Shown here: piece after piece, positions 63,219 through 64,000 of the stretch
Position numbering within the stretch: position 1 is the first letter of the stretch
Layout: every line of letters starts with the position of its first letter
DNA from: Vicugna vicugna
Lineage: Eukaryota
Assembly: GCA_013265495.1 (NCBI GenBank)
Contig: MU058065.1
Span: 8,969,819-9,033,818 of the forward strand
Reading direction: 5' to 3'
DNA length: 64,000 nt
Notes under the pieces: model-generated
What the model saw: the letters and a program-made list of their open reading frames with translations, nothing else
Told to the model about the DNA's origin: nothing
Database searches by the model: none
Position numbers and translations under genes: made by a program

Positions 63219-64000
63219 CTAAAATGAAAGAGAAGAATGAGATTTTTATTAAACAATTTCATTAAACAATAGAACAAATTAGACTCTTCAATTTGGAATT
63301 CAATTTAGAAATTTAGATCCCTCCCACCCTGCCCCTTTCAAGCATTTCCTAAGCTGTGGGTTTACACTGTTCTTCATGCTAAAAACAGTAAAAATACAAG
63401 AGATCATGAAACTTATTATCTAGGAAAGAATTCTTTTCAATGGAGGAGCTAAAGATAGCCTTAAGAAATGGATGGGTGTCTAGAACCAGGCCTTCGTGAA
63501 TAGATAGGATATAAATTGTCAGAGGAGCAGGAAGAGGCCACTCCAGTAGCAAGAATAATGTAGGATGGGGCACAGTGGACATGAGCACGGCTTATATAGG
63601 AGACAGTAAGAGCAGCCTAATGTTGGTAAATAAACATTATAAAGTAAGTTTGTAGAAGCCAGATTGCCAGGAGCCTTGAATTTTATCACAAAGTGAATGA
63701 ACTAGATGAGATCCATTTGGCAATAAGGAACCACTGACTGTTCTGATCCAGGGCAATGAAAGAAGAGTTCCTGTCTAAAATTTAAGGACAGTATAAGAAT
63801 AATTTGATGAAGATCTGAAAGGCTAGGGCTGCATCTGTACTACATATTTAGAAGCTTTATTCACTCATTAATATTTATTGAATGCCTACTGTTGTGCTTT
63901 ATGATTTAAATAAGGATAAAAAGGGGTATTTACATTAAGTGATTTTTGTAATCTTCCCCAAAGCCTTGATTTATTTAGACACCTATTGATCAGAAAGTTG

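Overview
Mammalian genomic DNA, most likely a camelid, judging by three Vic-1-like tRNA-derived SINEs and no Alu, Bov-tA, PRE-1 or Can-SINE seen by eye. It carries the conserved GLS-STAT1-STAT4 locus. The + strand has the last four KGA-isoform coding exons of glutaminase (GLS) and its ~2.45 kb 3'UTR. The - strand has a complete STAT1 gene (2 non-coding and 23 coding exons, all GT-AG, 2253 nt = 750 aa + stop) and the last seven exons of STAT4. Visible regulatory elements are the STAT1 CpG-island promoter (ISRE, GC box, two CCAAT boxes) and an upstream CpG island with a GAS and tandem ISRE. The rest is intronic or intergenic sequence with old transposable elements and microsatellites. I found no evidence of a new biological system. 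The points worth checking are two unusual STAT1 substitutions (W577, Q241), a nearby GAS/ISRE enhancer alongside a broken exon-2 GAS, parallel beta-isoform stop codons in STAT1 and STAT4, an antisense LTR in a STAT4 intron, and a possible GLS/STAT1 tail-to-tail overlap. Exon numbers, human residue numbers and repeat family names are from memory, not from a database search.
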